Below, piece by piece: positions 26,056 through 36,429 of a stretch of DNA of 64,000 bases. Source of the stretch: an uncultured Candidatus Saccharibacteria bacterium (GTDB taxonomy: Bacteria > Patescibacteriota > Saccharimonadia > Saccharimonadales > CAZJQT01); assembly GCA_964604415.1 (NCBI GenBank), contig CAZRYT010000001.1, forward strand, positions 4,818 through 68,817. Direction: 5' to 3'. How positions within the stretch are numbered: the first letter of the stretch is position 1; each line of letters starts with the position of its first letter. Position numbers and translations under genes: made by a program. The notes below the pieces were generated by a model. That model searched no databases. It saw only the letters and a list, made by a program, of their open reading frames with translations, and was not told where the DNA came from.

Positions 26056-26616
26056 TCAAGCGTTTAGCGCTATGACACCGGGCTCAGATTGTTGCCTATA
26101 TGCTATTTTGGCTTTTCTAAGCTCTCGTTGCCCCCAATAAGCCGTAGTCACTGTTTTACCCTGTCCTTGCTGGTTGCCATACTCTTTAGCTAGCAAAACA
26201 TCTGGGAAAAGACGAACCGTTATGAACCGTTCAATCACAGCCTCGAAAGCAAAACCTAATTGATCATTTATCACAATTGGAGGATTTTCCGGGTCAAATT
26301 CAAACACACCACGAACTTTAATTTTTCCTACCGGTTCATCAAACTCTTGTCGACCCAAAATCAAGCCACCAAACGTAAGCTTACGCGTCTGTGTCTCGTA
26401 TGATGGCTCAAGTCCTGGAACCAACGACTGACTCAATTCATTTAATTGTTTTGCTTTATAGATCGGCTCAATCGGTGCGACCGAAAAAGTGACATCCTGG
26501 CCAGGTATTTCATCAAACCCAGTCGGATTCAGAAAAACTTTATTGTGCACATGCGCCACGCGTATATCATCGCGATCATGTAATGCTTCAGTGATAATCT
26601 CTAGATTGTTTGTCAT
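26056..26616 (-). CDS. Hypothetical cytoplasmic protein (186 aa)
   Basis: ORF with a GGAGGT SD. No recognisable motif. Confidence 0.55.
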   Translation of the reverse strand: MTNNLEIITEALHDRDDIRVAHVHNKVFLNPTGFDEIPGQDVTFSVAPIEPIYKAKQLNELSQSLVPGLEPSYETQTRKLTFGGLILGRQEFDEPVGKIKVRGVFEFDPENPPIVINDQLGFAFEAVIERFITVRLFPDVLLAKEYGNQQGQGKTVTTAYWGQRELRKAKIAYRQQSEPGVIALNA

Positions 26617-26682
26617 TTTACCTCCGCTCTTTTTATAGCTTACTCTCTATGAGCAAGCCCATCAATAAGCTATGATTAGGTA

Positions 26683-27816
26683 ATGGATTATAAAAAAGAG
26701 GCGTTAAAAAAACACAAACAACTGAAGGGCAAAATTGCTGTTGTATTGAAGGACAAGTTAGATAGCCAAGACAAGTTGAGCACCTATTACACACCTGGCG
26801 TAGCAGCGGTTTCTAGCTACGTGGCTGAGCATCCTAAAGAGGCGCGTGATTATACTTGGTTAGGAAACAGCGTGGCTGTGATCAGTGATGGCTCAGCTGT
26901 TTTGGGTCTTGGTGATATTGGCCCGTATGGCGCTTTACCGGTTATGGAGGGTAAAGCTATGTTGTTCAAACACTTTGCTGGCATTGATGCTGTGCCGATT
27001 ATCCTAGACGTTCATTCAGCCGATGAAATAGTCAAAACAGTATTAGCAATTGCACCCAGCTTTGGCGGCATCAACCTAGAAGATATCGCCGCGCCGATCT
27101 GTTTTGAAGTTGAGGACCGGGTCAAAGCTGCTCTGAATATCCCAGTTATGCACGATGACCAACACGGCACGGCTATAGTTGTCCTAGCCGGGCTTATTAA
27201 CGCAGCCAAAGTTACTGGCAAAAACCTGAAGAAATGCCGGGTAGTTTGTGTTGGCGCCGGCGCGGCCGGTACGGCAGTTATGAAATTATTAAATCTTTAT
27301 GCCAAGCCAGAAATCTTGATTGTTGATAGTCAAGGCATAATTAGCCGTAACCGAAAAGACTTAAACTCTGAAAAACAAAAACTACTAAAGTTCACTAATC
27401 CAAAAAATGTCAGCGGTTCACTCGAAGATGCCATGAAAGGCGCTGATATATTCATCGGTGTGTCTAAGGCCGGGCTGTTAACAGCTAAAATGGTAAAAAC
27501 TATGGCAAAAGACCCGATAATATTTGCCATGGCTAACCCCGTACCAGAAATCATGCCCGACGTTGCTTTGAAAGCTGGCGTGGCGGTCATGGCCACCGGC
27601 CGCAGTGATTTCCCTAATCAGGTTAATAATGCCCTGGCTTTTCCTGGAGTCTTCCGCGGTGCCCTAGACAATAGAGTCAATAAGATTACAGATCAGCACA
27701 AAATTGCCGCTGCTGAAGTTATAGCTAGCCTGGTTGCGAAACCCACAGCCGACTGCATAATCCCCAGCGTGCTAGACAAACGCCTGGTGCCAAGCATTGC
27801 TAAAGTCATAAAATAA
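26683..27816 (+). CDS. NAD(P)-dependent malic enzyme (short, single-module type)
   Basis: 377 aa. YTPGVA, a GxGxxG dinucleotide fold (GAGAAG) and ANPVPEI motifs. Confidence 0.9.
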   Translation: MDYKKEALKKHKQLKGKIAVVLKDKLDSQDKLSTYYTPGVAAVSSYVAEHPKEARDYTWLGNSVAVISDGSAVLGLGDIGPYGALPVMEGKAMLFKHFAGIDAVPIILDVHSADEIVKTVLAIAPSFGGINLEDIAAPICFEVEDRVKAALNIPVMHDDQHGTAIVVLAGLINAAKVTGKNLKKCRVVCVGAGAAGTAVMKLLNLYAKPEILIVDSQGIISRNRKDLNSEKQKLLKFTNPKNVSGSLEDAMKGADIFIGVSKAGLLTAKMVKTMAKDPIIFAMANPVPEIMPDVALKAGVAVMATGRSDFPNQVNNALAFPGVFRGALDNRVNKITDQHKIAAAEVIASLVAKPTADCIIPSVLDKRLVPSIAKVIK

Positions 27817-27823
27817 ACCGGGT

Positions 27824-29425
27824 TCAACCAACTGTGCGGTAGATTTCTTCGATGGTAGTTTCACCGGCGAGAACTTTTAGGATACCATCCTGGAGAATTG
27901 TACGCATGCCACTAGCAATGGCAGCATCTTCTATGTCTTGGGTTGATGAAGATTTGCCACTACTCAGAAGCTCACCGATCTTGCCTGTCATCAGGAACTG
28001 TTCGCGTAAAGCAACCTGGCCTTTGTAGCCAAACGGATTGTCGACCGAACTGCCAGGTTTGTAGAGCTGGAGATTGGTCAGATTGGGTTTGTCAGTTCCC
28101 GGTGGTAAGGTATCGAGGACTTGCTTGATCTTGCCAACAACGGCAATATCTGGCGTGTAAGGCTGTTTGGTAGCATCGTCCAGCCGGCGCACCAAACGCT
28201 GGGCCATAACTAGACGAATAGCCGATACAAACAAGGGATTCTGGCCAATAATATCTACCATGCGGGTTAGTGCCGCCGCAGCCGAACCAGCGTGGAAGGT
28301 TGACAGTACCAAATGTCCAGTCAATGCCGCCTGCAAAGCTGTCTTAGCGGTGTCTGGGTCGCGAATTTCGCCAACCATCACGACATCTGGATCAAGCCTT
28401 AGCACAGCGCGGAGTTTTTCAGCAAAGTTAGTTTCTTGTGAACTTTGCGAAGTGACCGAGATCTGCGTAATGCCCTCAAACTGATACTCGACTGGATCCT
28501 CGATGGTTATAATCTTGCGCTCTTCAGAATTGAGCATGTTGAGCATGGAATAAAGCGTGGTAGTCTTACCGGACCCGGTTGGCCCGACCACCAATACCAG
28601 GCCACTAGGCTTGGCGATGATGTCGTCAACAATCTGGCGCTCACTGGGCGATAAACCCAAACGATCTAAGTTGTACATTGACTGATCCATATTGAAAAGG
28701 CGCATGACTATGTCCATGCCGTTAATGGTTGGTACGGTTTCAAGACGAAGATTAACGTCTACCGATGCGCCATCGCTCATTTTGACTGTTTGCGAGACAT
28801 GGCCTTGCTGGGCTTCTTGAGCTGACGTCGAAACATTGCCAGCACTAGCGATGGCAGAAATCAAAACTCGGTACTTGTCAGGTTCTAGCCGAGCAATCTT
28901 GTGCAGAACGCCGTCAATTCTAAAACGGACCTGCGCAAAGGTGCGCTGTGATTCCAGATGTATGTCAGAAGCGTTCAAACGATGAGCTTGTTGCACTAAA
29001 TAGGCCAGCATATCAGCCGCTTTGACCTGGGCGAGTACTGCCGATACTTGGTCTACCTGCCCCTGGTTAGTGGTCCGCTCAATGGAAATATCTTGATAAA
29101 CAACAGCTTTGGGCGGGTCATAGAGCTTCATGTAGTCTCTAAAGCCAGCATCAGAAATCAAGGCAAAACTAATCTGTTGATCCGGGAAACGGTGACGCAA
29201 ATTAGTCATCGTTTGCTGCGAGGTGGTGTTAGTTATGCCAAACAAAATATTATGTTCATCAGACTTAAGGGGTATGACCTTGAGGTCATAAAGCTCTGGA
29301 TTGGTCAGAATATCTTTATAAAGCTGTTTGTTAACTACCGCTGAGGTATCAAAATATGCCAAATTCAGAATTTGGGCACGGCGTTGGGCGTTGGCCTCTT
29401 CATCGCGGCGGGCATCTTGGCTCAT
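27824..29425 (-). CDS. pilB: Type II/IV secretion ATPase, PilB/GspE family
   Basis: T2SSE N-terminal domain, Walker A GPTGSGKTT, Asp box, Walker B and His box. The ATG at 29425 is preferred to the track GTG at 29431 because TATAAT lies 8 nt upstream of it. Confidence 0.88.
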   Translation of the reverse strand: MSQDARRDEEANAQRRAQILNLAYFDTSAVVNKQLYKDILTNPELYDLKVIPLKSDEHNILFGITNTTSQQTMTNLRHRFPDQQISFALISDAGFRDYMKLYDPPKAVVYQDISIERTTNQGQVDQVSAVLAQVKAADMLAYLVQQAHRLNASDIHLESQRTFAQVRFRIDGVLHKIARLEPDKYRVLISAIASAGNVSTSAQEAQQGHVSQTVKMSDGASVDVNLRLETVPTINGMDIVMRLFNMDQSMYNLDRLGLSPSERQIVDDIIAKPSGLVLVVGPTGSGKTTTLYSMLNMLNSEERKIITIEDPVEYQFEGITQISVTSQSSQETNFAEKLRAVLRLDPDVVMVGEIRDPDTAKTALQAALTGHLVLSTFHAGSAAAALTRMVDIIGQNPLFVSAIRLVMAQRLVRRLDDATKQPYTPDIAVVGKIKQVLDTLPPGTDKPNLTNLQLYKPGSSVDNPFGYKGQVALREQFLMTGKIGELLSSGKSSSTQDIEDAAIASGMRTILQDGILKVLAGETTIEEIYRTVG

Positions 29426-29508
29426 TGGCACTCATTATAAACGTAAGCATATAGATTGGTAAAACCAGATTAATTTTGTAAAAGCCTAAAAGTGCATACA
29501 ATTGAGGC

Positions 29509-30006
29509 ATGAAACGCATTGTCTTGATTGCCCATAACCTTCGTAGCTGTCATAACGTCGGCTCATTGCTGAGGACAGCCGATGGTTTCGGGGTTGAGAA
29601 AGTTTTTCTGACTGGTTATACACCCTATCCCATTTCGCCTGATGATCAGAGATTGCCGCATCTGGCTTTGGCGCAGACCAAGCAGATACATAAAACAGCT
29701 CTAGGAGCCGAAAAGACTCAAGCCTGGTTTCATCAGCAAGACATCATAACCCTAATTTCAGACTTAAAACAAAAGGGCTACTTGCTGGCAGCCCTGGAGC
29801 AAACTAAAAACTCCACAACTCTCAATGGCTACAAAGGTGAGGCCGATATAGCTGTTATTGTCGGTAGCGAGGTAGGCGGCTTAACCCAGTCCGTTCTGGG
29901 TCTCTGCGACCAAGTTTTGGAGATCCCTATGCAGGGCAAGAAAGAATCATTTAATGTGGCTAGTGCAGCGGCCATTGCTCTTTACCACTTACGCTTAATA
30001 GGTTAA
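29509..30006 (+). CDS. SpoU/TrmH-family RNA 2'-O-methyltransferase
   Basis: 165 aa. SPOUT motifs NVGSLLRTA, IVGSEVGGL and IPMQGKKESFNVASAAAIALY. Confidence 0.85.
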   Translation: MKRIVLIAHNLRSCHNVGSLLRTADGFGVEKVFLTGYTPYPISPDDQRLPHLALAQTKQIHKTALGAEKTQAWFHQQDIITLISDLKQKGYLLAALEQTKNSTTLNGYKGEADIAVIVGSEVGGLTQSVLGLCDQVLEIPMQGKKESFNVASAAAIALYHLRLIG

Positions 30007-30015
30007 AATAGGCTC

Positions 30016-30966
30016 ATGCCAACAAAAGCCCACAGGCATACTGGGCGCATAAAACCAAAATCTATCCTCAAACACGAACATCGCCATTATTGGCCTTATA
30101 TTCCGATGTTGGTGATGTTAGTGGTAGTTCTATTTTCCAGCTTTGCTCAGCCAATGATCAAGCGCCATGTTTTGGCCTATGCCACTAGCATGAGTAGCGA
30201 TGCTTTGCTGAGTGCTACTAACACCCAGCGTGATCAAAATGGTGTGGCCAGCCTAAATATAAACGGTGATCTGACGGCGGCGGCCCAGGCCAAAGCCAAT
30301 GACATGGTAAAACGCAACTATTGGTCTCATAACACACCCGACGGCCAAGAACCCTGGGTTTTTATCCAAGCAACTGGCTATAAATACACTAAAGCTGGCG
30401 AAAACCTGGCGTACGGCTTTGATAATAGTAACGACGCCGTGACTGGCTGGATGAACAGTCCTTCGCATCGCGAGAACTTACTAGACAGCGCTTTTTCTGA
30501 TGTTGGCTTTGGCTACGCTAATAGCGACAACTTCAATAGTAGTGGCCCGGAAACAGTGGTAGTAGCTATGTACGGCAAACCACAAGTATTAGCAGCCACA
30601 CAAGCTGTTGCGCCAACACCAACCAAACCAGTTCAAGCTGCACCGACCCAGGCGCCAACCACCAAAACTGAAACACCAGCCGTTAAGCCAGTTAGTTCCG
30701 ATCAACCCGTTAAGGAACCAGCTACTCAACAGATCGCCCGAGTTCAGAACCTATCCAGCGGACACGCGCCATGGACTGCCTTTGCTGCCACCATGTTGAG
30801 CGGACTGGCCATTGGTGCTTTGCTCATTAAATATTCTGCCAGAATCAGGCATTTGATTCGGGATAGCGAAAAATTTGTATTGCATCACCCAGCCTGGGAT
30901 TCATTGTTGGTTAGCTTGGTTTTGCTAGGCATATTCCTTAGTCAAACTACTGGCTTCATCCGCTAA
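30016..30966 (+). CDS. CAP/SCP (YkwD-like) domain protein anchored by an N-terminal and two C-terminal TM helices
   Basis: 316 aa. CAP core (NYWSHNTPDG...GENLAYG...WMNSPSHRENL), then a P/T/Q-rich linker, then two hydrophobic helices. Confidence 0.8.
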   Translation: MPTKAHRHTGRIKPKSILKHEHRHYWPYIPMLVMLVVVLFSSFAQPMIKRHVLAYATSMSSDALLSATNTQRDQNGVASLNINGDLTAAAQAKANDMVKRNYWSHNTPDGQEPWVFIQATGYKYTKAGENLAYGFDNSNDAVTGWMNSPSHRENLLDSAFSDVGFGYANSDNFNSSGPETVVVAMYGKPQVLAATQAVAPTPTKPVQAAPTQAPTTKTETPAVKPVSSDQPVKEPATQQIARVQNLSSGHAPWTAFAATMLSGLAIGALLIKYSARIRHLIRDSEKFVLHHPAWDSLLVSLVLLGIFLSQTTGFIR

Positions 30967-30971
30967 GACTC

Positions 30972-33900
30972 TTATTGCAGCTTGACGTGTTCTTTGCCAA
31001 CAACTGTTATCAGTTCTTCCAGACCTGGCTTGTAGTCGATCTTGTTTGGCAGGCGAATAATTTGTTTCTGTTGATCACCAATCACTAAAACTACCTCTGT
31101 TTCGCCAGGGTGTTCATCGATGGTGCGCTTTAAGGATTTAAGTTGATCCTCATCGTTACTACTAACTAGTCTGACATAGATTCTTTGGTTTGCTGGCTCA
31201 ACTTTTTCAGGAGTTTTAGCCACGGATTTCTTGGTTGATCTAAACTTTTTTGCATCGTCTAGATCGATGGCCTTAACATGATCAACCAGAACCTTGATCT
31301 CATCGGTAGCATTGCCGGCTCGGTCTTTGGTGTTGACCTTGCCTTTTGCTAGGACTATTTGATCACGCACAATCAAATCTTTCTGTTTGTCATAAGCCTT
31401 AGGAAATAAAATTAGTTCAATCTCACCAAATTGATCACTAAGTTTAACGAAAGCCATTTTTTGGCCATTTTTGGTGACTATTTCTCTAACATCGGTAATG
31501 TTACCGCCGACGGTAACCGTCTTGTTGTCGTCGGCCCTCTTTATGGAGTTAATTGGCGTCGTTTTCTGGGCCAAAAACTGCTGGTACTCATCAAGTGGAT
31601 GTTGGCTCAGATAAACCCCTAGTAGCTCACGTTCCCAAAGTAACTGCTCAGCTTGGGCAACCGGTGCAATGTCCTTATTGAGAGCAAGCGTAGCTTTGAC
31701 CTGAGCAGCTTCAAGCTGGTCGCCAAACAGATCGGTTTGACCACTGGCAGCGTCTTTTTGGAGCTTGGCCGCATAAGCGCTCAAAACATCCAGGTTGGCA
31801 AGCAACATACCACGTTCTCCAAAACTATCGAAAGCGCCAGCTTTGATAAGACTTTCTAGTGATTTCTTATTAACGGTGCGAACATTAACGCTGCCAAAGA
31901 AGGTCTCTAGGCTATCGAAACTATCAACTTCTTCGCGAACACGTATGATTTCCTCGGCCGCGTTAGCACCAACGTTTTTGATGGCATGCAAGCCAAAGCG
32001 GATTTGCTGTTTGCCGGGTACGACCGCAAACTCCAAAAACGATTCATTAACATCGGGGGGCAGAACTTCGATACCATAGTTCTTACACTCATTGATTTCT
32101 ATGGCCAATCTATCAATATTGTCATAATCGCTGGTCATCAGCGCCGCCATGAAGGCTGCCGGATAGTGAGCCTTTAGATAGGCCGTCCAATAGGCAATTA
32201 AGGCATAGCAGGCCGCGTGGGCTTTAGGGAAAGCATAGGAAGCAAAGGCTTCCAACTGCTTCCAGAAGCGTTCCATATCACCACGGTCGGCACCGACAGT
32301 TTTGATAGCACCTTCAATGAATTCATTACGGTATTTAGCCAGAACTTCAGGGATTTTCTTACCAATACCTTTTCTCAGGCTGTCAGCTTGGCCACCGGTG
32401 AAGCCACACATTTCCTTACTGATCTGCATGACTTGCTCTTGGTAAACGATCACACCGTAGGTGTTAGCTAAGGCCGGTTCCATGGCAGGGTGAGTGTAAC
32501 TTATGGCTTTCTCGCCATGCTTGCGGGCTATAAAATCTTCAATCCACTGCATTGGGCCTGGACGGTACAAAGCATTCATAGCTACCAAGTCCTCAAATTT
32601 AGTCGGTTTTAATTGCTTGAGGTAGCGTTTCATACCGGCTGATTCAAACTGGAAAACGCCAGTTGTACCGCCATCTTGAAACAGCTTAAAGGTAGTTTCA
32701 TCGTCTAAGGGAATGTCGTCAACCTTTAGACTTTTGTCGTAAACTTTTTTTACTATCCTTAGAGCGTTCTTGATGATAGTTAAGTTAGACAAACCCAAAA
32801 AGTCCATTTTAAGCAAACCGAGCTCTTCAATTGGCCCCATCGAATATTGAGTAGCCACCACGCCCTTTTGAGCCATTTCCAAGGGAACAAACTTAACTAT
32901 ATCGTCCGGTGCAATTACCACCCCCGCCGCATGGACACCGTGGCTGCGAATCGTGCCTTCCAATCGCATAGCCTGATCCAACACTGTCTTGGCGGTTTCG
33001 TTTGATTCATATTCAGCTTTTAGAGCCTGGTCATCTACCAGTGATTTCTTGAGCGGAATGTGGCGTCCTTGGACGGGTTGTGGGATCATCTTGGCCAAGC
33101 GATCGGCTTCAGCGTAGGGCACTTGCAGCACACGCGCCACATCGCGGACAGCGTTGCGGGCAAACATGCGGCCAAAGGTAACTATATTCGCTACCCTGTC
33201 GGCGCCATATTTATTGACACAGTAGTTAATAACTTCTTCGCGACGCGTATCCTGTATGTCAATATCAATATCTGGCATCGAGATACGGTCGGGATTAAGA
33301 AAGCGCTCAAACAGCAGATCATATTTGAGGGGATCAAGTTCAGTTATATTAAGGGCATAGGAAATAATCGAACCAGCAGCCGAACCCCTGCCAGGACCAA
33401 AGACTATGCCTTTTTGCTTGCCCCAGTTCACAAAATCTTGAATGATCAAAAAATAGCCATTGAAACTCATTTGATCGATAACGCCTAACTCATAAGCCGC
33501 CCGTTCGACCACTTCGGCTGGCAATTTTTGTTTGGCGGCCTCCTGGCTCAAGTCAGCAGTTTTACTGCGGGCGACGTTACCGTAGCGCCAAGCCAGACCT
33601 TGGTAAACTAGGTCATGCAAATGACTACGTTCAGTTTTGCCTTTAGGCACGGTGAACTGAGGGATCAAGATATTGCCAAGGTCAATCTCTAAATTGCAAC
33701 GCTCGGCGATAGACCGCGTATTGGTAATCAATTCCGAGTGTTCAACACCCCAGCGGCTGATGACTTCGTCGGCTGGGGTAACATGCAAAGGGAAATCCTT
33801 GAGTGACATGCGTTTGTCATCACTCAGATATGAGCCGGTGCCAACGCATAATAAAATCTCGTGAGCTTCTTGATCCTCGTGCCGCAAATAATGAGCATCA

Positions 33901-34553
33901 CAAGTCACGACAGCTGGTATCTTTAGTTCTTTGGCCAGCTCCAGAACCTGATTGTTGACTTGCTCTTGCTCGGCGTTGTGCATTGGATTCTTGGGGTGGC
34001 CATGGTCTTGTACCTCCAAATAGTAACGATCACCAAAAACACTCTTGTACCATTTGGCTATTTCTTGGGCTTGTTTGTATTGGTTTTGCTTGAGAGCATC
34101 ACCAATTTCACCACCCATACAGCCACTTAGAATAATCAGGCCTTCGTTATATTTTTCTAACAATTCGTGATCGATCCGGGGGTAGTAATAAAAGCCATCA
34201 AGATTGGCTATGGTACTGAGTCGCATCAGGTTTTGATAGCCAATTTTGTTGGTAGCCAAAATTATCAGATGATAACGGTTCTTGTCTTTAGTTGGATCCT
34301 TGTCAGTGTGATTGCGAGCCGCCACGTAGGCTTCCATGCCTATGATCGGCTGAATCTCGTGATTAATGGCTTCTTTATAAAATTCAATGGCACCAGACAA
34401 GGTACCGTGGTCAGTCATAGCTACGGCTGGCATACCTTGTTCGGTAACATAATCCATCAACTGGTCAATTCGAGTTAAGCCATCCAGCAAGCTGTACTGG
34501 GTGTGATTATGCAAATGGACATAGTCCTTGGCCGTCAGTTGAGTACTTTTCAT
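30972..34553 (-). CDS. dnaE: DNA polymerase III alpha subunit
   Basis: 1193 aa. PHP domain HLHNHTQYSLLDG, polymerase core, and OB and tau-binding regions. Confidence 0.96.
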   Translation of the reverse strand: MKSTQLTAKDYVHLHNHTQYSLLDGLTRIDQLMDYVTEQGMPAVAMTDHGTLSGAIEFYKEAINHEIQPIIGMEAYVAARNHTDKDPTKDKNRYHLIILATNKIGYQNLMRLSTIANLDGFYYYPRIDHELLEKYNEGLIILSGCMGGEIGDALKQNQYKQAQEIAKWYKSVFGDRYYLEVQDHGHPKNPMHNAEQEQVNNQVLELAKELKIPAVVTCDAHYLRHEDQEAHEILLCVGTGSYLSDDKRMSLKDFPLHVTPADEVISRWGVEHSELITNTRSIAERCNLEIDLGNILIPQFTVPKGKTERSHLHDLVYQGLAWRYGNVARSKTADLSQEAAKQKLPAEVVERAAYELGVIDQMSFNGYFLIIQDFVNWGKQKGIVFGPGRGSAAGSIISYALNITELDPLKYDLLFERFLNPDRISMPDIDIDIQDTRREEVINYCVNKYGADRVANIVTFGRMFARNAVRDVARVLQVPYAEADRLAKMIPQPVQGRHIPLKKSLVDDQALKAEYESNETAKTVLDQAMRLEGTIRSHGVHAAGVVIAPDDIVKFVPLEMAQKGVVATQYSMGPIEELGLLKMDFLGLSNLTIIKNALRIVKKVYDKSLKVDDIPLDDETTFKLFQDGGTTGVFQFESAGMKRYLKQLKPTKFEDLVAMNALYRPGPMQWIEDFIARKHGEKAISYTHPAMEPALANTYGVIVYQEQVMQISKEMCGFTGGQADSLRKGIGKKIPEVLAKYRNEFIEGAIKTVGADRGDMERFWKQLEAFASYAFPKAHAACYALIAYWTAYLKAHYPAAFMAALMTSDYDNIDRLAIEINECKNYGIEVLPPDVNESFLEFAVVPGKQQIRFGLHAIKNVGANAAEEIIRVREEVDSFDSLETFFGSVNVRTVNKKSLESLIKAGAFDSFGERGMLLANLDVLSAYAAKLQKDAASGQTDLFGDQLEAAQVKATLALNKDIAPVAQAEQLLWERELLGVYLSQHPLDEYQQFLAQKTTPINSIKRADDNKTVTVGGNITDVREIVTKNGQKMAFVKLSDQFGEIELILFPKAYDKQKDLIVRDQIVLAKGKVNTKDRAGNATDEIKVLVDHVKAIDLDDAKKFRSTKKSVAKTPEKVEPANQRIYVRLVSSNDEDQLKSLKRTIDEHPGETEVVLVIGDQQKQIIRLPNKIDYKPGLEELITVVGKEHVKLQ

Positions 34554-34623
34554 CTTCCCTTTTGTCTCTTTATTCTAAAGCAAAACCACATTTCTGAGGA
34601 GACGTACAGGTTATATTACAACG

Positions 34624-34893
34624 CTAGTTGGTGTTTTGCTGGATTGAATGACGAACATTATTAACCACTCTGCTTATCAGTGGTACATGCTTAAAGAAGG
34701 ATAACAACCAGAGCATCAAGGCTACTACTATAGTGGCACCGATTACACCCCCCAAACCACCCAAGACACCTTTTATAAAGCTCATCTTATACGCTTGGTT
34801 TCTATCTATGTAGCCCGACTCATAGATATTAAGCAGCATTTGGCCTAACTGCTCCGCTGATTTCGAGTGGTTATTCTTGGGCTGCTTTGCCAA
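34624..34893 (-). CDS. Small membrane protein (possibly DUF5665-like)
   Basis: 89-aa ORF (TTG start; an alternative ATG is at 34839) with a G-rich TM hairpin. Confidence 0.45.
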   Translation of the reverse strand: MAKQPKNNHSKSAEQLGQMLLNIYESGYIDRNQAYKMSFIKGVLGGLGGVIGATIVVALMLWLLSFFKHVPLISRVVNNVRHSIQQNTN

Positions 34894-35281
34894 TGTAGTT
34901 CTTTAGATGCGCGACGGCTTTTTTGACGTCGTCAACGGCTTTTTGTAAGTCTTTGTCGTCGGCTTCGCCCTCATGAATAGCTGATAATATCTCACGAGTT
35001 TTTTGGCGGATTTTCTCGGCTTGATCAACTGCTGACTTGAACTCGCCCGAAACTTTATCCTTAGACCGACCAATTTGTTGATTGGCTTTTTCAAGCAGAT
35101 CGGACAAATCACTATGAGCACTCTTAAGCTTGCGTTCGGCTTCAGTTTTAGCCTTGAGGGCTGCCCGGCGGAGGTCCTTGCGAGTCTCGCGTCCGCTTTT
35201 GGGTGCTGTTAATATGCCAGCCGCATAACTAATGCCAGCCAGAATTACCCCACCAATTGCTAGGTTACGCTTCTTAACCAT
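34871..35281 (-). CDS. YtxH domain-containing protein
   Basis: Start moved to ATG 35281 (MVKKRNLAIGGVILAG...APKSGRETRKDL, the canonical YtxH N-terminus). It overlaps the upstream ORF stop by 8 nt. Confidence 0.75.
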   Translation of the reverse strand: MVKKRNLAIGGVILAGISYAAGILTAPKSGRETRKDLRRAALKAKTEAERKLKSAHSDLSDLLEKANQQIGRSKDKVSGEFKSAVDQAEKIRQKTREILSAIHEGEADDKDLQKAVDDVKKAVAHLKNYIGKAAQE

Positions 35282-35552
35282 CGTGCTCCTCCGATTTATT
35301 TGACTTCTTATGTTTGAAGACAACATCTGAAATGTTTGAAAACAGTTTGACAATGGCGGCCGGCCCGGCGGTATAGCGAAAGAACTCGCCGACGTTTTCG
35401 GCTGTGTTTATTAGTTTCTCAGCTTTTTCAGAGATAACTTTTAAATGATTGAGAATCTGAATTAGCTTTACTAGGGCAACGATCCCCAAAATCAAGAAAA
35501 TAGCCAAAGTCGCCGACAATATAATCACTAGGATCTGTTCGCTGTTACCCAT
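35274..35552 (-). CDS. DUF948-like membrane protein
   Basis: Start moved to ATG 35552 (MGNSEQILVIILSATLAIFLILGIVALVKLI...). TGgTACAAT lies 10 nt upstream. Confidence 0.65.
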   Translation of the reverse strand: MGNSEQILVIILSATLAIFLILGIVALVKLIQILNHLKVISEKAEKLINTAENVGEFFRYTAGPAAIVKLFSNISDVVFKHKKSNKSEEHDG

Positions 35553-35609
35553 TCGTAACACTATTGTACCATTGTCACTAAAAACCCAAAATACAGTCAC
35601 AAGATTTAG

Positions 35610-35637
35610 TTGCTATGCCACAAAAACGGAGTATAAT
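35610..35637 (+). promoter_or_regulatory. Promoter TTGCTA-16 nt-TATAAT, 9 nt upstream of ATG 35647
   Basis: Read directly from the 94-nt divergent intergenic region. Confidence 0.5.
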
Positions 35638-35646
35638 CAAGTTGTT

Positions 35647-36426
35647 ATGTCAGAGACTCTTTCTGCACCGCTTACTCCTGCCGAGCAAGATGAACGATAT
35701 TTACCTTACTTACCAGTTGTTGAGGAAGCATTATTTGAGCATTATGACCCTAGACTGCCTTATCATTGGCGACGACATGGTGAAGAGACCCGTGATAAGT
35801 CTTTATATTTTCGCGAAATGTTAATGGCTCGTGGTTTTAATATGCCTAGCGAGTTCGTTACGGTCGTTTCAGCTGACGGCCATGACGCAGGAACGTTTGC
35901 ATTCCATAGATTTGGCCTTAAAAAAAAGTATGGCTCAGCCGAAAACTATGGAAGTCATTTGACGACAGGGATACTAGAGTTGTGCGGTACGGACAAGTAC
36001 ACTGTAGAGGAAATTCGTGATATACAACGGCCAACAAAAGCAGGGATTAAATGCGTTACTCTAGGTGAGTTCAACTTATGTTTATCTGACGTTTACAACA
36101 CATGTGAAGACTATGACAGTGTGCTTGTGCCAAAAAAAGAACTTTTAAGACAAGAATATTCACTACTTAAGGACGAGGATTTGGGCGAGGATGGCTACAC
36201 TGATTTTACTCTTGGTATTTTGCCTGACTATAATGTTGTCAATCTTGATTTTGATGGAATCAGGGAACTCGGTGAAGAATTTACTAAAGCTAGGCAAAAA
36301 CAAGCTGAAAATTTGCTAAGAATGTTCACCGAGCGCACGCGTTCTCTTGGTTCAAACAGTGAGCGATTGATCAAGTACGCTCGCAAGCTTGGTCCCTCAA
36401 TGATGAAGCTTGCCAACCTAGGATAA
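35647..36426 (+). CDS. Hypothetical protein with possible HD-type motifs (H...HD)
   Basis: 259 aa from ATG 35647, because the track start at 35572 runs through the promoter. Motifs WRRHGEE...DGHDAG. By eye it looks more AT-rich than its neighbours. Confidence 0.5.
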   Translation: MSETLSAPLTPAEQDERYLPYLPVVEEALFEHYDPRLPYHWRRHGEETRDKSLYFREMLMARGFNMPSEFVTVVSADGHDAGTFAFHRFGLKKKYGSAENYGSHLTTGILELCGTDKYTVEEIRDIQRPTKAGIKCVTLGEFNLCLSDVYNTCEDYDSVLVPKKELLRQEYSLLKDEDLGEDGYTDFTLGILPDYNVVNLDFDGIRELGEEFTKARQKQAENLLRMFTERTRSLGSNSERLIKYARKLGPSMMKLANLG

Positions 36427-36429
36427 TAA

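Noticed and set aside
34624-35552. The DUF948, YtxH and small membrane protein trio, considered as a novel system.
   Set aside because: This combination of general-stress membrane proteins is common in Gram-positive-type genomes. Nothing unusual is present beyond tight overlaps.
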